Positions 1 to 10,014 of a DNA stretch of 64,000 nt are shown in pieces. How positions within the stretch are numbered: the stretch's first letter is position 1; the number at the start of each line of letters is the position of its first letter. A program made the translations under genes and the position numbers. The notes below the pieces were generated by a model, which was not told the DNA's origin, searched no databases, and was given only the letters and a program-made list of their open reading frames with translations. Source of the stretch: Escherichia phage 241Ecol014PP; sequence record OR062943.1; one strand, 5' to 3'.

Positions 1-252
1 GCCAAAGGTGGTTCGACATCTAAAAAGAAAAAGAAAAACCCGAGAGAGGATGTTGGCCTTACTGTAACCACATGCCTTAACGGAGCTATCCTCCCAGAGT
101 CCACTATTTATCTTAAAAGCAAGCAATATACAGGCTTCTATAAGGTGATCACGGTGCATCATAAGGGCACCATAGAAGGTGGTGACTACACTACAGAGCT
201 TGGCCTTGGGGAAACAGTGGGTGGAGTTGTTGACAAAACTGAGGAGGTATAA
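1..252 (+). CDS. 3' end of an upstream structural gene, truncated by window edge
   Basis: Frame 1 is open from position 1 to TAA at 250-252; stop overlaps ATG of next gene; tail ...KVITVHHKGTIEGGDYTTEL...; function not assignable. Confidence 0.4.
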   Translation, partial: AKGGSTSKKKKKNPREDVGLTVTTCLNGAILPESTIYLKSKQYTGFYKVITVHHKGTIEGGDYTTELGLGETVGGVVDKTEEV

Positions 253-929
253 TGGCAATAAATAGGAAAGATGCTGCTGTAAGATCCTTTATAGAAAAAA
301 TAATGAGGGACTACCACACCAGTATCAGGGCCAGAGTTGTCAGTGTAGACTACAGTATCCCTTCTGCAGCCGTGCAGCCAATAGCTGAAACCACGTTTGA
401 TGACGGAGATGTGGAGAGATACCCTCTTATCTATGACGTTCCAATTCAGGTGATGTCTGCAAACAGCGGAAAGGCAAGGTTAACACTCCCTATTAAGGCT
501 GGAGATGTTGTAGGATTGCAGTTTTCAGAGAGAAATGAAAACAATAACGACGATCAACAAACTCACGGCCTGTTTCCAGGGTGGGCAATCACCTCTGTTC
601 ATTCAGACTCAAACGCCTTACAGATCGATCCTGATAACGTAGAGTTATGGAATGATAGGGTTTATTTTAAACTGACACCTTCTGGCGATTTTGAGCTTCA
701 AACACCTGGTGGGACATTACGGTGCGACAGCAGCGGGGAGTTTTCTTTCACTAACGGGTCTGCCAATTTGCGAGCTGCTGTGGATGGGAATATCAGAATG
801 AATGGTGCTACAATAGACCCATCTGGTAGAATTATAACTGCTGCTGGCGTGGATTTGGATTCATTCTATGCAGAATATAAAGGTCATACCCACTCTTGCC
901 CTGATGGCGAGACAAGTGGACCGCACTAA
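252..929 (+). CDS. baseplate central spike-like protein (gpV/gp138-like)
   Basis: 225 aa; RBS GAGGAGG upstream; N-terminal region ARVVSVDYS...GDVVGLQF resembles spike OB domains; C-terminal His-rich tip GHTHSCPDGETSGPH. Confidence 0.4.
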   Translation: MAINRKDAAVRSFIEKIMRDYHTSIRARVVSVDYSIPSAAVQPIAETTFDDGDVERYPLIYDVPIQVMSANSGKARLTLPIKAGDVVGLQFSERNENNNDDQQTHGLFPGWAITSVHSDSNALQIDPDNVELWNDRVYFKLTPSGDFELQTPGGTLRCDSSGEFSFTNGSANLRAAVDGNIRMNGATIDPSGRIITAAGVDLDSFYAEYKGHTHSCPDGETSGPH

Positions 930-941
930 TAGAGGGCTTTC

Positions 942-1658
942 ATGGCTACGCTTTATAGTGATATATTGATGGACCCACAGACAGGCGATTTGGCGATAGA
1001 CAAAGGTCTTGAGTTGATAGATTCAAACCAGGTAAGTCTGCGCCAGCGCTTGTGGATGAGGTTTAATACGTGGAAGGGGAGCTGGTACTTTGACGAACTG
1101 TTTGGCTTCCCTTATATGGACTTTCTCAGTAAGAAGGTCATGAAGACTGTTCTTGATAACAAGATCATGGAAGTGGCAAGACAAGAGCCGGATGTGCTAA
1201 ACATCATAAACTTCCAGTCTACCATGGACCGAAGATCGAGAACATACCAAGCGTTCTTTGAGGTTGTTACCAAAGAGAACGAGATTGTAAGGCTGGCTTT
1301 CGTAGGTCTTGATCAGTTCACCTACCCACAACCTGATTCTGGGACAACCTCTCTCTGTGATGATGAGGGTTGGATTAAGTGGGCTAATAAACTGTACTAC
1401 CTGATCAACTTCAGATTACCTAGAACCGGAGATGCCACATGGTGGAACCAGTATGCTGGTCCTGAGATGGAAAACCCGATCCCTGTAGGCTCTCTGTTGA
1501 CTCAGGATAAAGATCTGCTGATGACTGAGGCAGAACAAACCATTAACCGCAATACCTGGACGCTTGCTCCAGATGAGCGCGAATACTCTGGTGTTATTGC
1601 TACCTCCAATGATGAGGCTATTGCCAACCAGTCTGGTCGTGCTATTGATGTTAACTAA
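942..1658 (+). CDS. baseplate wedge-like protein (gp25/gpW-like or related)
   Basis: 238 aa; N-terminus ...SLRQRLWMRFNTWKGSWYFDELFGFPYMDF resembles baseplate wedge families; position after spike gene. Confidence 0.35.
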   Translation: MATLYSDILMDPQTGDLAIDKGLELIDSNQVSLRQRLWMRFNTWKGSWYFDELFGFPYMDFLSKKVMKTVLDNKIMEVARQEPDVLNIINFQSTMDRRSRTYQAFFEVVTKENEIVRLAFVGLDQFTYPQPDSGTTSLCDDEGWIKWANKLYYLINFRLPRTGDATWWNQYAGPEMENPIPVGSLLTQDKDLLMTEAEQTINRNTWTLAPDEREYSGVIATSNDEAIANQSGRAIDVN

Positions 1659-1667
1659 GGAGAAATC

Positions 1668-2336
1668 ATGGCTGTAGCTTATCCTACAATACCAATTCCA
1701 GATCTTGAAGATGCAGAAACAGTCCTGAGTGATGACTTCTTGGTTGTCAACCAGACTGATGGGACAAGAAAGGCTAAGATTGACGATGTTGTCAACGATC
1801 TTAGTATTACTAAGATAGTCTATTTCACAGAGGGTGGTTATCTTAAGAGCAAGAAGGACTTTGCTTATGACCCAGAGACTAAGCGCTACTACACGTGGAA
1901 CGGGGATTATCCTAAAATAATCCTACCAGACTCCACTGTAGAGGGTGCTGGGGGCGTGTCTGCAAATGCCTGGTCTGTTTTTGGTGAGCTTGCTGCAACT
2001 TCTTCTGGCAGAATAGTTGATTACGGATCTATCGGTGGTCAGCTTGATATGGATCTTGAAGTTGCGGATACCTTTAAGGTTCGACTAACTTCAAATACCA
2101 CAATCTCTTTTGAAAATCAAACAGAAGGTCTTGAAGGGGTGGAGAGAACTATAACCGTATGCATTACTCAGACCTCTGGCGGCAACAAAGTCTATTGGCC
2201 TGGTAATGTTAAATGGTCCTACGGAAGAGATCCTATCCTAACATTTACAGCTGGTGCAACAGATATTTTCAAGTTGGAAACCTACGACAACGGGTTAACT
2301 TGGTACGGGGCACTGATTATCGCAGGAGCTATCTAA
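1668..2336 (+). CDS. tail fibre/adaptor protein sharing N-terminal anchor domain with the 4971 fibre
   Basis: 222 aa; N-terminal ~80 aa (DDFLVVNQTDGTRKAKIDDVV...FTEGGYLK...DFAY) aligns with N-terminus of ORF 4971-8771. Confidence 0.45.
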   Translation: MAVAYPTIPIPDLEDAETVLSDDFLVVNQTDGTRKAKIDDVVNDLSITKIVYFTEGGYLKSKKDFAYDPETKRYYTWNGDYPKIILPDSTVEGAGGVSANAWSVFGELAATSSGRIVDYGSIGGQLDMDLEVADTFKVRLTSNTTISFENQTEGLEGVERTITVCITQTSGGNKVYWPGNVKWSYGRDPILTFTAGATDIFKLETYDNGLTWYGALIIAGAI

Positions 2337-2337
2337 G

Positions 2338-4935
2338 ATGCGTATTCAACATAACATTGATAACGTATTTCAGATGATTGAGGGGCACAGGAAGTGCCTC
2401 GATAACAACACAGGTATTACCAACACCCCTACACAAAATAAGCTAGTAAACCCTGATGGTCTTATAGCTGCAGGGTGGGCAGGTAATAAGATAAATAATG
2501 ATTGGGCAATGCATGAGTCCCAAGCTGTGTTGATTCTGGGATACATTGAAGCATACAGGGCATCGAAAAGCGATTTCTATCTGGATAGGGCAAAAGATGC
2601 TTGGGAAGCTTACAATAGTCATCTTCTTGGTGCATATGCTGTAGAAAGTAAAATGCAAAGATTGTCCCACTACCCTCTATCCACAGACGGGGTTCCATCA
2701 CATGGTGGGTTTAAAGATGTGGTGGTGTCTTTTACCAATGGTAGAGGAAAAATCCCAGCTGGATCTCCGACATGGGGGGAATACCTGGACAAGGCATTCC
2801 AAGCGTATAACGGTGTGTTAGGAAGAAACACTGTAGACTCTGATGTTTACGGTGGCACAGATGCTAACCCAGATTGGACAACATCCGGATTAAGTTGGTG
2901 GGTTGAGTGGTACATAGCATGGGATGGTAACCGCTATTGGGCTAACGGTAGCATAGCCGACAGTGGTCATACGTCTGTAGAGTTCGGCACAATCCAATTA
3001 CAAGATAAGGGTGTTACAGGCAGCCACAAGGTGACCTATTGTGTAAGATTACCTCAAGAGCAGGGTGGATCGGTGATACCTGCAGGATCCCCTGTAATTG
3101 TAAATCCTATAAACGTGGTTGCAGATAATCAAGCCCCGGAGTTGGACGGGGAAGAGATGTGGTGTGACGCTTGTTATCAACTCTACACCTTGACAGGTGA
3201 GGAAAAGTATTACACCGCGTTTGAACAGTCTTACAACAAGTTGCTTAATTTCAGTGATATAAACGCCTACGACAAACTGTTTAGAAAGACCACGTTGATT
3301 AAGGCACCGTTCACAGATGGTACTTGTCTTGTTGCAGGAACAGTTCCTGTCATGAGCAGGGACAGTGACGGGTATATCAATTTTAGAATGAACGCACGCC
3401 AGCCTTGCGAAATAATTCAAAAAGGGACTACATACAAAATAGGCAGAGATGCTGAAATTGTTATGAATTTCGGAGGAGAAGGTGTTCTGTTCCAGCCGCA
3501 TTTCATCCTTAATGATGGCAACAATAACAAAAAACAGTACAGGATAGGTGTCCCTTTTGGAGGTGCAGAGGTAACAGAAATAGTTGCCAAGGTTACTGAT
3601 TTCGTAGAGGTAGTTGGTAAAGACGGTAATCCGTATCTCTTACCTAAAGAGGAAAACATTGCCGTAAGCGGTGGTGCTAGTGTTAGTATGCAGTATGATA
3701 CCGACATTTACAACCACTCTGACAACTTCACCCGTTGTAATATAGCAAGAGGTAAAGTAACTTTCAATTTTGGAAGAGAGATTTCTTTAAACTCAGTAAC
3801 TTATCGATCAGATGATGAGATGGTAAGGGTCAAATTTCTTGACAAAGACAGGTGGTTATGGTATGCTGATCTATATGCCACTAATGGACAATGGATAACA
3901 GAAACTCTTACTCTAGGAGATTTCAAACTAGATCCGACACAGCCTCATCACACCGAAGAAGAGATTAAACCTTTCTTTGCTAATCCTAAGGGGCTCACCT
4001 CTGTAGATTTCAGCCTAAGCGACAGGCAGATAGGTAATGGCTTGTTTGATCTGTATTGCGTCAACACACTGCCGCAATTTTATATTGCAGATAGGGATGC
4101 TTATCTAATCTGGTTTAGCGTATGGATGGCAAGCAAGACAGAATCAACCGCTAAGGTTGGCGATTGCTATGTCAGAAACTACAAGCAAGGTGCATACAGG
4201 CACACACCCGGTGTGTTCCCTGCCGGAAAGGTGATAGATAAGGAAAACTATCTCTTGGAGGAAAGGCCAAATTGGCCCTACCCTGGCATGCAATACCCAG
4301 CAGTCTACTGCATGGGTGCAGAAAACATAGATCGCCATAGATTGTCAAATACAATAGGCTTTCTGTATGACGCTCAAGTCTGGTATAACAATACATTTAA
4401 GACAGAAGGTCCAGTTGCCTCGCGTTATGTATGGCAGAGAGGCAATGAAGGGTTGACTGGTTGGTGGGAGATGGTAGATAACTCTAAACTACAGTCAAGA
4501 TCTTTTGTTGCTGCGTGCCGCACAATATATGAGCTCAAGAAACATAAAGAACCTGTTGATGAAAGACTATTCCTGTTCTGCCAGAAATGGGCATGGTTCC
4601 TCAACAGATTCCAGTCATCTCATTCAGGAAATCTGCCTACAGACTTTAACACCTCTGGGGGATACTCTTATCAAGACAGAGGGGACAGGATGTGGGTGGT
4701 AGGTGAATGGCTTGCAGGTTGCTGCTGGCTAGGTCTGTGCGGGTATTCAGAGACAATACCTCAAATAGATATTGTTGTAGAAGCCTGTGTGAAGCTACTG
4801 CAAAAGCACCACTTCATTAATGGGGATAATATTTTAAACGGCTGCTGGGCAGTTTCTGATCCGGTTGGCTATCACTCTGGCGAAATCCTTCGCGGTCTGG
4901 GCCTTTATGCTCAATACCGTGGATTGTACCTTTAA
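2338..4935 (+). CDS. large tail-associated protein, possible glycoside hydrolase/depolymerase
   Basis: 865 aa, Trp/Tyr-rich; ATG 2 nt after upstream stop; enzymatic assignment speculative. Confidence 0.35.
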   Translation: MRIQHNIDNVFQMIEGHRKCLDNNTGITNTPTQNKLVNPDGLIAAGWAGNKINNDWAMHESQAVLILGYIEAYRASKSDFYLDRAKDAWEAYNSHLLGAYAVESKMQRLSHYPLSTDGVPSHGGFKDVVVSFTNGRGKIPAGSPTWGEYLDKAFQAYNGVLGRNTVDSDVYGGTDANPDWTTSGLSWWVEWYIAWDGNRYWANGSIADSGHTSVEFGTIQLQDKGVTGSHKVTYCVRLPQEQGGSVIPAGSPVIVNPINVVADNQAPELDGEEMWCDACYQLYTLTGEEKYYTAFEQSYNKLLNFSDINAYDKLFRKTTLIKAPFTDGTCLVAGTVPVMSRDSDGYINFRMNARQPCEIIQKGTTYKIGRDAEIVMNFGGEGVLFQPHFILNDGNNNKKQYRIGVPFGGAEVTEIVAKVTDFVEVVGKDGNPYLLPKEENIAVSGGASVSMQYDTDIYNHSDNFTRCNIARGKVTFNFGREISLNSVTYRSDDEMVRVKFLDKDRWLWYADLYATNGQWITETLTLGDFKLDPTQPHHTEEEIKPFFANPKGLTSVDFSLSDRQIGNGLFDLYCVNTLPQFYIADRDAYLIWFSVWMASKTESTAKVGDCYVRNYKQGAYRHTPGVFPAGKVIDKENYLLEERPNWPYPGMQYPAVYCMGAENIDRHRLSNTIGFLYDAQVWYNNTFKTEGPVASRYVWQRGNEGLTGWWEMVDNSKLQSRSFVAACRTIYELKKHKEPVDERLFLFCQKWAWFLNRFQSSHSGNLPTDFNTSGGYSYQDRGDRMWVVGEWLAGCCWLGLCGYSETIPQIDIVVEACVKLLQKHHFINGDNILNGCWAVSDPVGYHSGEILRGLGLYAQYRGLYL

Positions 4936-4938
4936 CAT

Positions 4939-4960
4939 AGGGGGCTGTTTGCCCCCTTTC
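4939..4960 (+). terminator. stem-loop GGGGGC-tgttt-GCCCCC with short T run; weak terminator or RNA processing hairpin
   Basis: 7-bp GC stem immediately after stop of ORF 2338-4935, followed by TTTC then RBS AGGAG of next gene. Confidence 0.3.
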
Positions 4961-4970
4961 AGGAGAAAGA

Positions 4971-7900
4971 ATGGCTGATATTAAAGTTGTCAGAATTGAA
5001 TCTCTTCCTGCCACTACCGCAGTGACAGAGGATGATTACCTGGTTGTTCAGCAACCAGACCTGACCCGTCGTGTAAAAATTGGCGATGTTGTCCATGTGG
5101 ATGGGACTGTTTCTCATGTAATCTCCTTTAAGGAAGGTGGTAAGTTAAACGGCCCAATGGATTTTGCCTACTTCGAAGAGGAAGACCTCTACCTGCGTTG
5201 GAAAGGCGAATTTCCCCACACTGTTCCTGCACTATCTTCACCGTACTCCGATGGTGGGATTACTGACGCTGCATGGATGGTATATACAGATCCGTCCTTA
5301 AGGGAGGAGCTGGAATCTACCATTGGCGCATCTATGATCATGACAGCCGAAGGGCAGTCTGTCCAGGATGTAATGGATGTTACTGTTCAGACAGCTAACG
5401 ATGCTAAAGCACTTGCACAGCGTGTAGATTTTGGTACAGTGCACACCGTAGGCGATGTTATTCACCTTGATAACTTTGTTGGCCCTGCAGTTATTGAAGA
5501 GGGAAGAACCACCAACTACCCTTCTGTAGCAGCTGGTGAAAAATTTCTGAACGGTGTGGTATCTCGCCGTGATACTACAACTGTTGATGGTATTTTCCGT
5601 GGCGCTACCACCGGAGCCATGTACACCATTGCAGTAACCAACGGTGTAGCAACAACGAAAAGAATAGCACTTCGTGATGAATTTAAACGCCTAGAGGCAA
5701 ACAACCCAACAAGAACAGTTATCCGTGCTGGAGATGATTTAAATACGGCAGGGTACTTGCAGCTTGATGCAACAGGCCGTTGGGGTATGTGGAACCAACA
5801 AACAGCTTCGTGGCAACCTCTTGCTATAGAGCAAGGCGGCACAGGGGCTAGAGATGCCGCTGGAGTCCGTATCAATATCGGTGCTTTCTATAAGCAACGT
5901 GCAGCCCTTGAGCCAAATTTCCATATCAATAACTTGACTGGTAATCAGGATGGTGTATACTACCAGCCGATGACTGCTTATGCAACTGAGGCAAATGGTT
6001 ACCCTGCAGGTTCTGGTGCTGGTCACTTGATTGTTTGGCAGAACAATGCTAACGGCGGTACAGGTTGTCGTCAGGAATACTACCCATTCTCTAACGTAGA
6101 TGTTTGGTATTTGAGAACCTATCAGGCCAACACAAATCAGTGGACTGCATGGCAGCCGATGGTTAGACCTCGTAACGATAATACCTTTAGATCGCACATC
6201 GGTCTTGGGCCTAGAAATACCCCTACCTTCGGGCACATTTACCTGTCTCAAAGTTCTGCTGATGTTAAGTCAGCCTCGGGTATTGTTAACGGGGACAAAT
6301 ACAGCGCTGACGGTGTCCTTGAGCATGGATATAGGATCTATTCTGAGGTAAGAAACGACAATAAGGCTTGGTTGACAATCCACCTGCACAAAGGTGCAAA
6401 AGGATCTGAAACTCATAAATATTTAGGTTTCCGCGAAGACGGCGTATTAGACTGCCCTAAATATATGCAGGTTGGGGATCTTACTGGTCAGCTGACAAAC
6501 TGGGGACTTGGAGAATGGATTCGTAGTTCAGGAGCAGAAAGAGGCTTCTGGGGGTCCAAGAAAGCCGCCAAGATGGTTATCTGGGATGGTGGGATGGACG
6601 AATCCGGTAACGGCACTCTGGAATGGGGTGTTTATAACAACCGGAAGGCCAAGTGGGAACCTCTACCTCAAGCCGCAGGTGGCACTGGGGCTACAACTTT
6701 AGCAGATGCTCAGAATCTGTTCAAAGTTCCTATAGCAGCAGGTGTAAAAGACTTCTTAACACTGCCAAGAACCGCAGGGATGGAAGATGGGAAATACTAC
6801 CCAATCATCGTTAGAACAGATCCGTATTACTCCCCTGCGACAGGTGCAGATATTACTATAGTCACCAGGTCTTCATATGGAGATGACCCTATGAACTGTG
6901 CCACCCTGCAGTGTCACTATAGAACTGGCGGCTGGTCGGACAGGGGAGACTCTTTCTACGGGGTAGTAAATTTCTACCAGAATGAAAAAGCACTTCTTGG
7001 GATGGTTGCTCCAACAAGGGGTAAACAAGAGTATGTTGCTTTCTATGCAGAGGCTCGTGCTTTCCCTGTCAGCATATACGCAAGTAGAAATGTTGTCGAA
7101 GTGTTTACCAGAGAGCAAGATTATCAAGTCGGCTCTGTAACAAACAATCAGGATGGGGTTAAGTTCGTTGCACCTCTTCAATCAGCAGATTTGAATCTTG
7201 CTATTCTTGGAGATAACAACACCAATACCAGACCTATTGTTGACTTCAAAGGTACTTCAGGATTCTACACTGGTGGCGGCACACAGTGGCACTATATAGG
7301 TTCTGCTGAACGCTATGCTGTGATGAGCAAAATGAATATGCCAAAAGTCGAGCTATGGGCAGACGGTCTTGACTATTTGTGCTACGGCAGTCCTAGAAAG
7401 GCGTTATTCTCTAATGCAGGATTCCAGTGTGCATCGGAAGGAACAGAGGATCTGATCAACAACACCTTTACCTCTAAATGTGGTAATGGTGCAAGACTGC
7501 AAGGCCAGGCAGAGTTCAGATCTACTCCGGAAGCTGGTCAAGTTATCGTTCGCGATGTTGTAGGTACAGCTCATAAGTTCTACAATTTCAACAAAGACGG
7601 CACATTTTTCCCTCCTGGGGGCTATGTTTGCCAGACAGGTGCTGACTGGAACAATCAGTTTGGTAATACAAACCCCTCCAAGATAATGGCTGGCAATGTC
7701 AACGGGCCGGAAGGTTCGATGGTTGTTGGCGGGGTGTCTGTAGCATTTTCTGGGAACTATGCTTTCCAAATGGCTGGCCGCCTTGATCAGTTATACACCA
7801 GATCTATCGAGGGTGGTAACCATAGAGCGTGGAACAAGGTCATACAACACAGAGGGCAAGGTCTGGGGATTAATGACCTTAACGACTACAAAGGGGATAG

Positions 7901-8771
7901 GGAAGGTTTTTATCATCAGGAGGCCAATGCTCAAGCCACACCCGATAGAAACTACCCATGCTCCCGGGCAGGTACGCTTATCGTGTACAGGAACTACGCC
8001 AATGTTCCAGAGAGTTGCGTACAGGAGTATATATCATATCTTGGGGAAAAATTCCTGCGTTATGGAACAACAATAGGTAGTGTTTTCACATGGGGACCTT
8101 GGCAGCAGCTTGGTGGTAAGGGAATTACTCTTAAAACCGCAGGTTCCAATCTTGACCCAGAGTTCATGATACATACAGGTGGTGGGACCGATGTTACCAA
8201 CACTTCCAACATGCCTTCTAATACAGGCAGAATGTACTACTGGGGTAATGGCGCAGACAGGAAGAACGTGCTTGAGTTTCAGATAAACGACAACGCTACA
8301 TCTGCCAGTTGGGTATGGCATTGTGGTGCTAAGACAGATGAGGCCAAGTCAAGGTACTTTGCTGTCAACGGCGTAGTAGAGTGCACCGCTGTCAGCCAGA
8401 GCTCTGACCGTGACCTGAAGGATAACATAGAGGTTATTCCTAACGCGTTGGAAGCTATCCGTAAGATGAAAGGCTATACCTACACTCTAAAAGAGAATGG
8501 TATGCCTCACGCGGGGGTAATTGCTCAAGAGGTTATGGAAGCATTACCTGAAGCGGTTGGTTCTTTCGTGAAAAGGAAAGAGGTTCCTGGTCCTACTCAA
8601 GATGGTATTCCTCTGATGACCGAGGAAAGATTCTATAATGTTGACTATGCGGCTGTAACAGGATTGCTTGTTCAGGTTTGCAGAGAACAAGATGATAAAA
8701 TAACCGCCCTTGAGGAGCAGGTTAAAAAATTGACAGAGGTTGTTACTGGGTTGCAAGAGAAACTGAAGTAA
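4971..8771 (+). CDS. long tail fibre protein with C-terminal peptidase-S74-type intramolecular chaperone domain
   Basis: 1266 aa; RBS AGGAG; N-terminal anchor shared with ORF 1668; C-terminus SSDRDLKDNIEVIP...YTYTLKENG...AQEVMEALPEAV...LEEQVKKL matches autoproteolytic chaperone domain of endosialidase/T5 pb1-type fibres. Confidence 0.8.
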   Translation: MADIKVVRIESLPATTAVTEDDYLVVQQPDLTRRVKIGDVVHVDGTVSHVISFKEGGKLNGPMDFAYFEEEDLYLRWKGEFPHTVPALSSPYSDGGITDAAWMVYTDPSLREELESTIGASMIMTAEGQSVQDVMDVTVQTANDAKALAQRVDFGTVHTVGDVIHLDNFVGPAVIEEGRTTNYPSVAAGEKFLNGVVSRRDTTTVDGIFRGATTGAMYTIAVTNGVATTKRIALRDEFKRLEANNPTRTVIRAGDDLNTAGYLQLDATGRWGMWNQQTASWQPLAIEQGGTGARDAAGVRINIGAFYKQRAALEPNFHINNLTGNQDGVYYQPMTAYATEANGYPAGSGAGHLIVWQNNANGGTGCRQEYYPFSNVDVWYLRTYQANTNQWTAWQPMVRPRNDNTFRSHIGLGPRNTPTFGHIYLSQSSADVKSASGIVNGDKYSADGVLEHGYRIYSEVRNDNKAWLTIHLHKGAKGSETHKYLGFREDGVLDCPKYMQVGDLTGQLTNWGLGEWIRSSGAERGFWGSKKAAKMVIWDGGMDESGNGTLEWGVYNNRKAKWEPLPQAAGGTGATTLADAQNLFKVPIAAGVKDFLTLPRTAGMEDGKYYPIIVRTDPYYSPATGADITIVTRSSYGDDPMNCATLQCHYRTGGWSDRGDSFYGVVNFYQNEKALLGMVAPTRGKQEYVAFYAEARAFPVSIYASRNVVEVFTREQDYQVGSVTNNQDGVKFVAPLQSADLNLAILGDNNTNTRPIVDFKGTSGFYTGGGTQWHYIGSAERYAVMSKMNMPKVELWADGLDYLCYGSPRKALFSNAGFQCASEGTEDLINNTFTSKCGNGARLQGQAEFRSTPEAGQVIVRDVVGTAHKFYNFNKDGTFFPPGGYVCQTGADWNNQFGNTNPSKIMAGNVNGPEGSMVVGGVSVAFSGNYAFQMAGRLDQLYTRSIEGGNHRAWNKVIQHRGQGLGINDLNDYKGDREGFYHQEANAQATPDRNYPCSRAGTLIVYRNYANVPESCVQEYISYLGEKFLRYGTTIGSVFTWGPWQQLGGKGITLKTAGSNLDPEFMIHTGGGTDVTNTSNMPSNTGRMYYWGNGADRKNVLEFQINDNATSASWVWHCGAKTDEAKSRYFAVNGVVECTAVSQSSDRDLKDNIEVIPNALEAIRKMKGYTYTLKENGMPHAGVIAQEVMEALPEAVGSFVKRKEVPGPTQDGIPLMTEERFYNVDYAAVTGLLVQVCREQDDKITALEEQVKKLTEVVTGLQEKLK
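8394..8768 (+). other. intramolecular chaperone (S74-like) domain of the tail fibre
   Basis: Conserved S-D-x-D-x-K motif block and C-terminal coiled coil within ORF 4971-8771. Confidence 0.65.
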
Positions 8772-8778
8772 CTGTTTT

Positions 8779-8806
8779 GCCCTCGCTTCGGCGGGGGCTT
8801 TTTGTT
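8779..8806 (+). terminator. rho-independent terminator (UUCG tetraloop hairpin + T tract)
   Basis: GCCCTCGC-ttcg-GCGGGGGC followed by TTTTTGTTTG, 8 nt after stop of fibre gene. Confidence 0.7.
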
Positions 8807-8810
8807 TGTA

Positions 8811-8839
8811 TTGCGTATTAACTCAAAATCTGGTAAAAT
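8811..8839 (+). promoter_or_regulatory. sigma70-like promoter TTGCGT-N17-TAAAAT with TGn extended -10
   Basis: TTGCGT 8811-8816, 17-nt spacer ending in TGG, TAAAAT 8834-8839; sits between terminator and ORF 8871. Confidence 0.5.
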
Positions 8840-8870
8840 AGCTATCATGATTGTTTAACCTGGAGGCACA

Positions 8871-9461
8871 ATGTTTTTATGGGAAAGGCCTAGATACCTT
8901 CCAGATATCAGATTGGAGCTGCTGGCAGATATTGTTACGTTTAAAAGTCCGTTTACAGGTAAAACGCAAAAAGTAACCTATGCCACACCTAACTGGAAAG
9001 GCACTTTGACGGTTTCCAATATCAGCGAGTCACAGTTGCTAGAGCTTAAGAGCTTTGTTGATCAGGTGTATAAAGATGGAAACATCTTTCTTATTAAAAC
9101 TTACGGTCACTCAGTAACAGCTAATGAGCCAATCGCCCTTGGGCCTACTGGTAACGACGATTTTTTGAAGACGGTTGGGTGGGAGCCAAACAGAGACATA
9201 GCCAGAGCTGGGGATAAAATATCTGTCAATGATGAATTGAAAGTGGTAACAGCTCCAGTGCGTAGCGATGGTGTTGGGTCTGCTGTTATAAGCATATCTC
9301 CAAGACTTAGAAAACCTATTGCCGCAGGGGACACTATGAAGATAATAACTCAATCCCCGAAGGGTAGGTTTCATATCAGAGATATTTATAAAATTAAGCA
9401 AAAAGTCGATGCTATGCAAAAAGGTGATAATATAGTTATCAACTTCTTTGAGGATTTCTAA
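8871..9461 (+). CDS. minor tail protein (lambda gpM-like N-terminal region)
   Basis: 196 aa; RBS TGGAGG; segment WKGTLTVSNISESQLLELKSFVDQ resembles lambda M from memory. Confidence 0.35.
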   Translation: MFLWERPRYLPDIRLELLADIVTFKSPFTGKTQKVTYATPNWKGTLTVSNISESQLLELKSFVDQVYKDGNIFLIKTYGHSVTANEPIALGPTGNDDFLKTVGWEPNRDIARAGDKISVNDELKVVTAPVRSDGVGSAVISISPRLRKPIAAGDTMKIITQSPKGRFHIRDIYKIKQKVDAMQKGDNIVINFFEDF

Positions 9462-9462
9462 G

Positions 9463-10014
9463 ATGATCAGAGCGCCATTAGATAATTTATTTCTTGAAAA
9501 GCTGGAGCTTGATGGTGTTGAGATCTTAATTGCTGCAAAGCTGGAGCTACCGACAGGAACTGTCAGGGTGTGCTCAGGCACTGGTGTTGTAGTAATTGAG
9601 GGGCAACATTTTATAGGGATAGGTGGATCAGCAACGTTAACTGCTGTGTCTGAGAAAGATGCCACCAACTTCGGATCTGTGGTAGCGACATTGAACGGGT
9701 TTGATCCTAAGTATGTGGGTGATCTTCTGAAGACGGAGTATTCTGGTTGTCGTGCCGCGTTGTACATTACCGCTATGGAGAATGGCTTGCCTGTTACAAC
9801 TAATGGCTTGTTTGACGGACTTATAACAGATATGGCTATTCAGACAGGTGAGAATAGTGCTTTGTCCATATCAATCTCTTCCATCTTCAACAGTTGGTTA
9901 AGAGGTTTTCCTTATCGGTACACGGAGGAAAGTCACAGCTCAAGAAACGATAATGACAGATTTTTTAAATATGTGGATCAGGTGGCGAGCCGCCCGATCA
10001 TTTGGGAGGTTTAA
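9463..10014 (+). CDS. minor tail protein, function unknown
   Basis: ORF-track start 9448 is TTG; ATG at 9463 lies 1 nt after upstream stop; 183 aa; position between gpM-like and gpK-like genes. Confidence 0.4.
   Translation: MIRAPLDNLFLEKLELDGVEILIAAKLELPTGTVRVCSGTGVVVIEGQHFIGIGGSATLTAVSEKDATNFGSVVATLNGFDPKYVGDLLKTEYSGCRAALYITAMENGLPVTTNGLFDGLITDMAIQTGENSALSISISSIFNSWLRGFPYRYTEESHSSRNDNDRFFKYVDQVASRPIIWEV

Noticed and set aside
2443-3707. Minus-strand ORFs (2443-2670, 2462-2701, 3049-3501, 3417-3707) inside the 865-aa gene
   Set aside because: Wholly antisense to a long ORF with RBS and operon context; low-complexity translations; treated as spurious.
4939-4960. Hairpin after ORF 2338-4935 as a strong terminator
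   Set aside because: T tract is only 3 nt and the next gene's RBS follows immediately; kept only as a low-confidence attenuator or stem-loop.
5516-8756. Antisense and alternative-frame ORFs within the tail fibre gene 4971-8771 (e.g. 5739-6251, 7404-7769, 8034-8321)
   Set aside because: Embedded in a gene with clear domain homology (S74 chaperone); no independent start signals.
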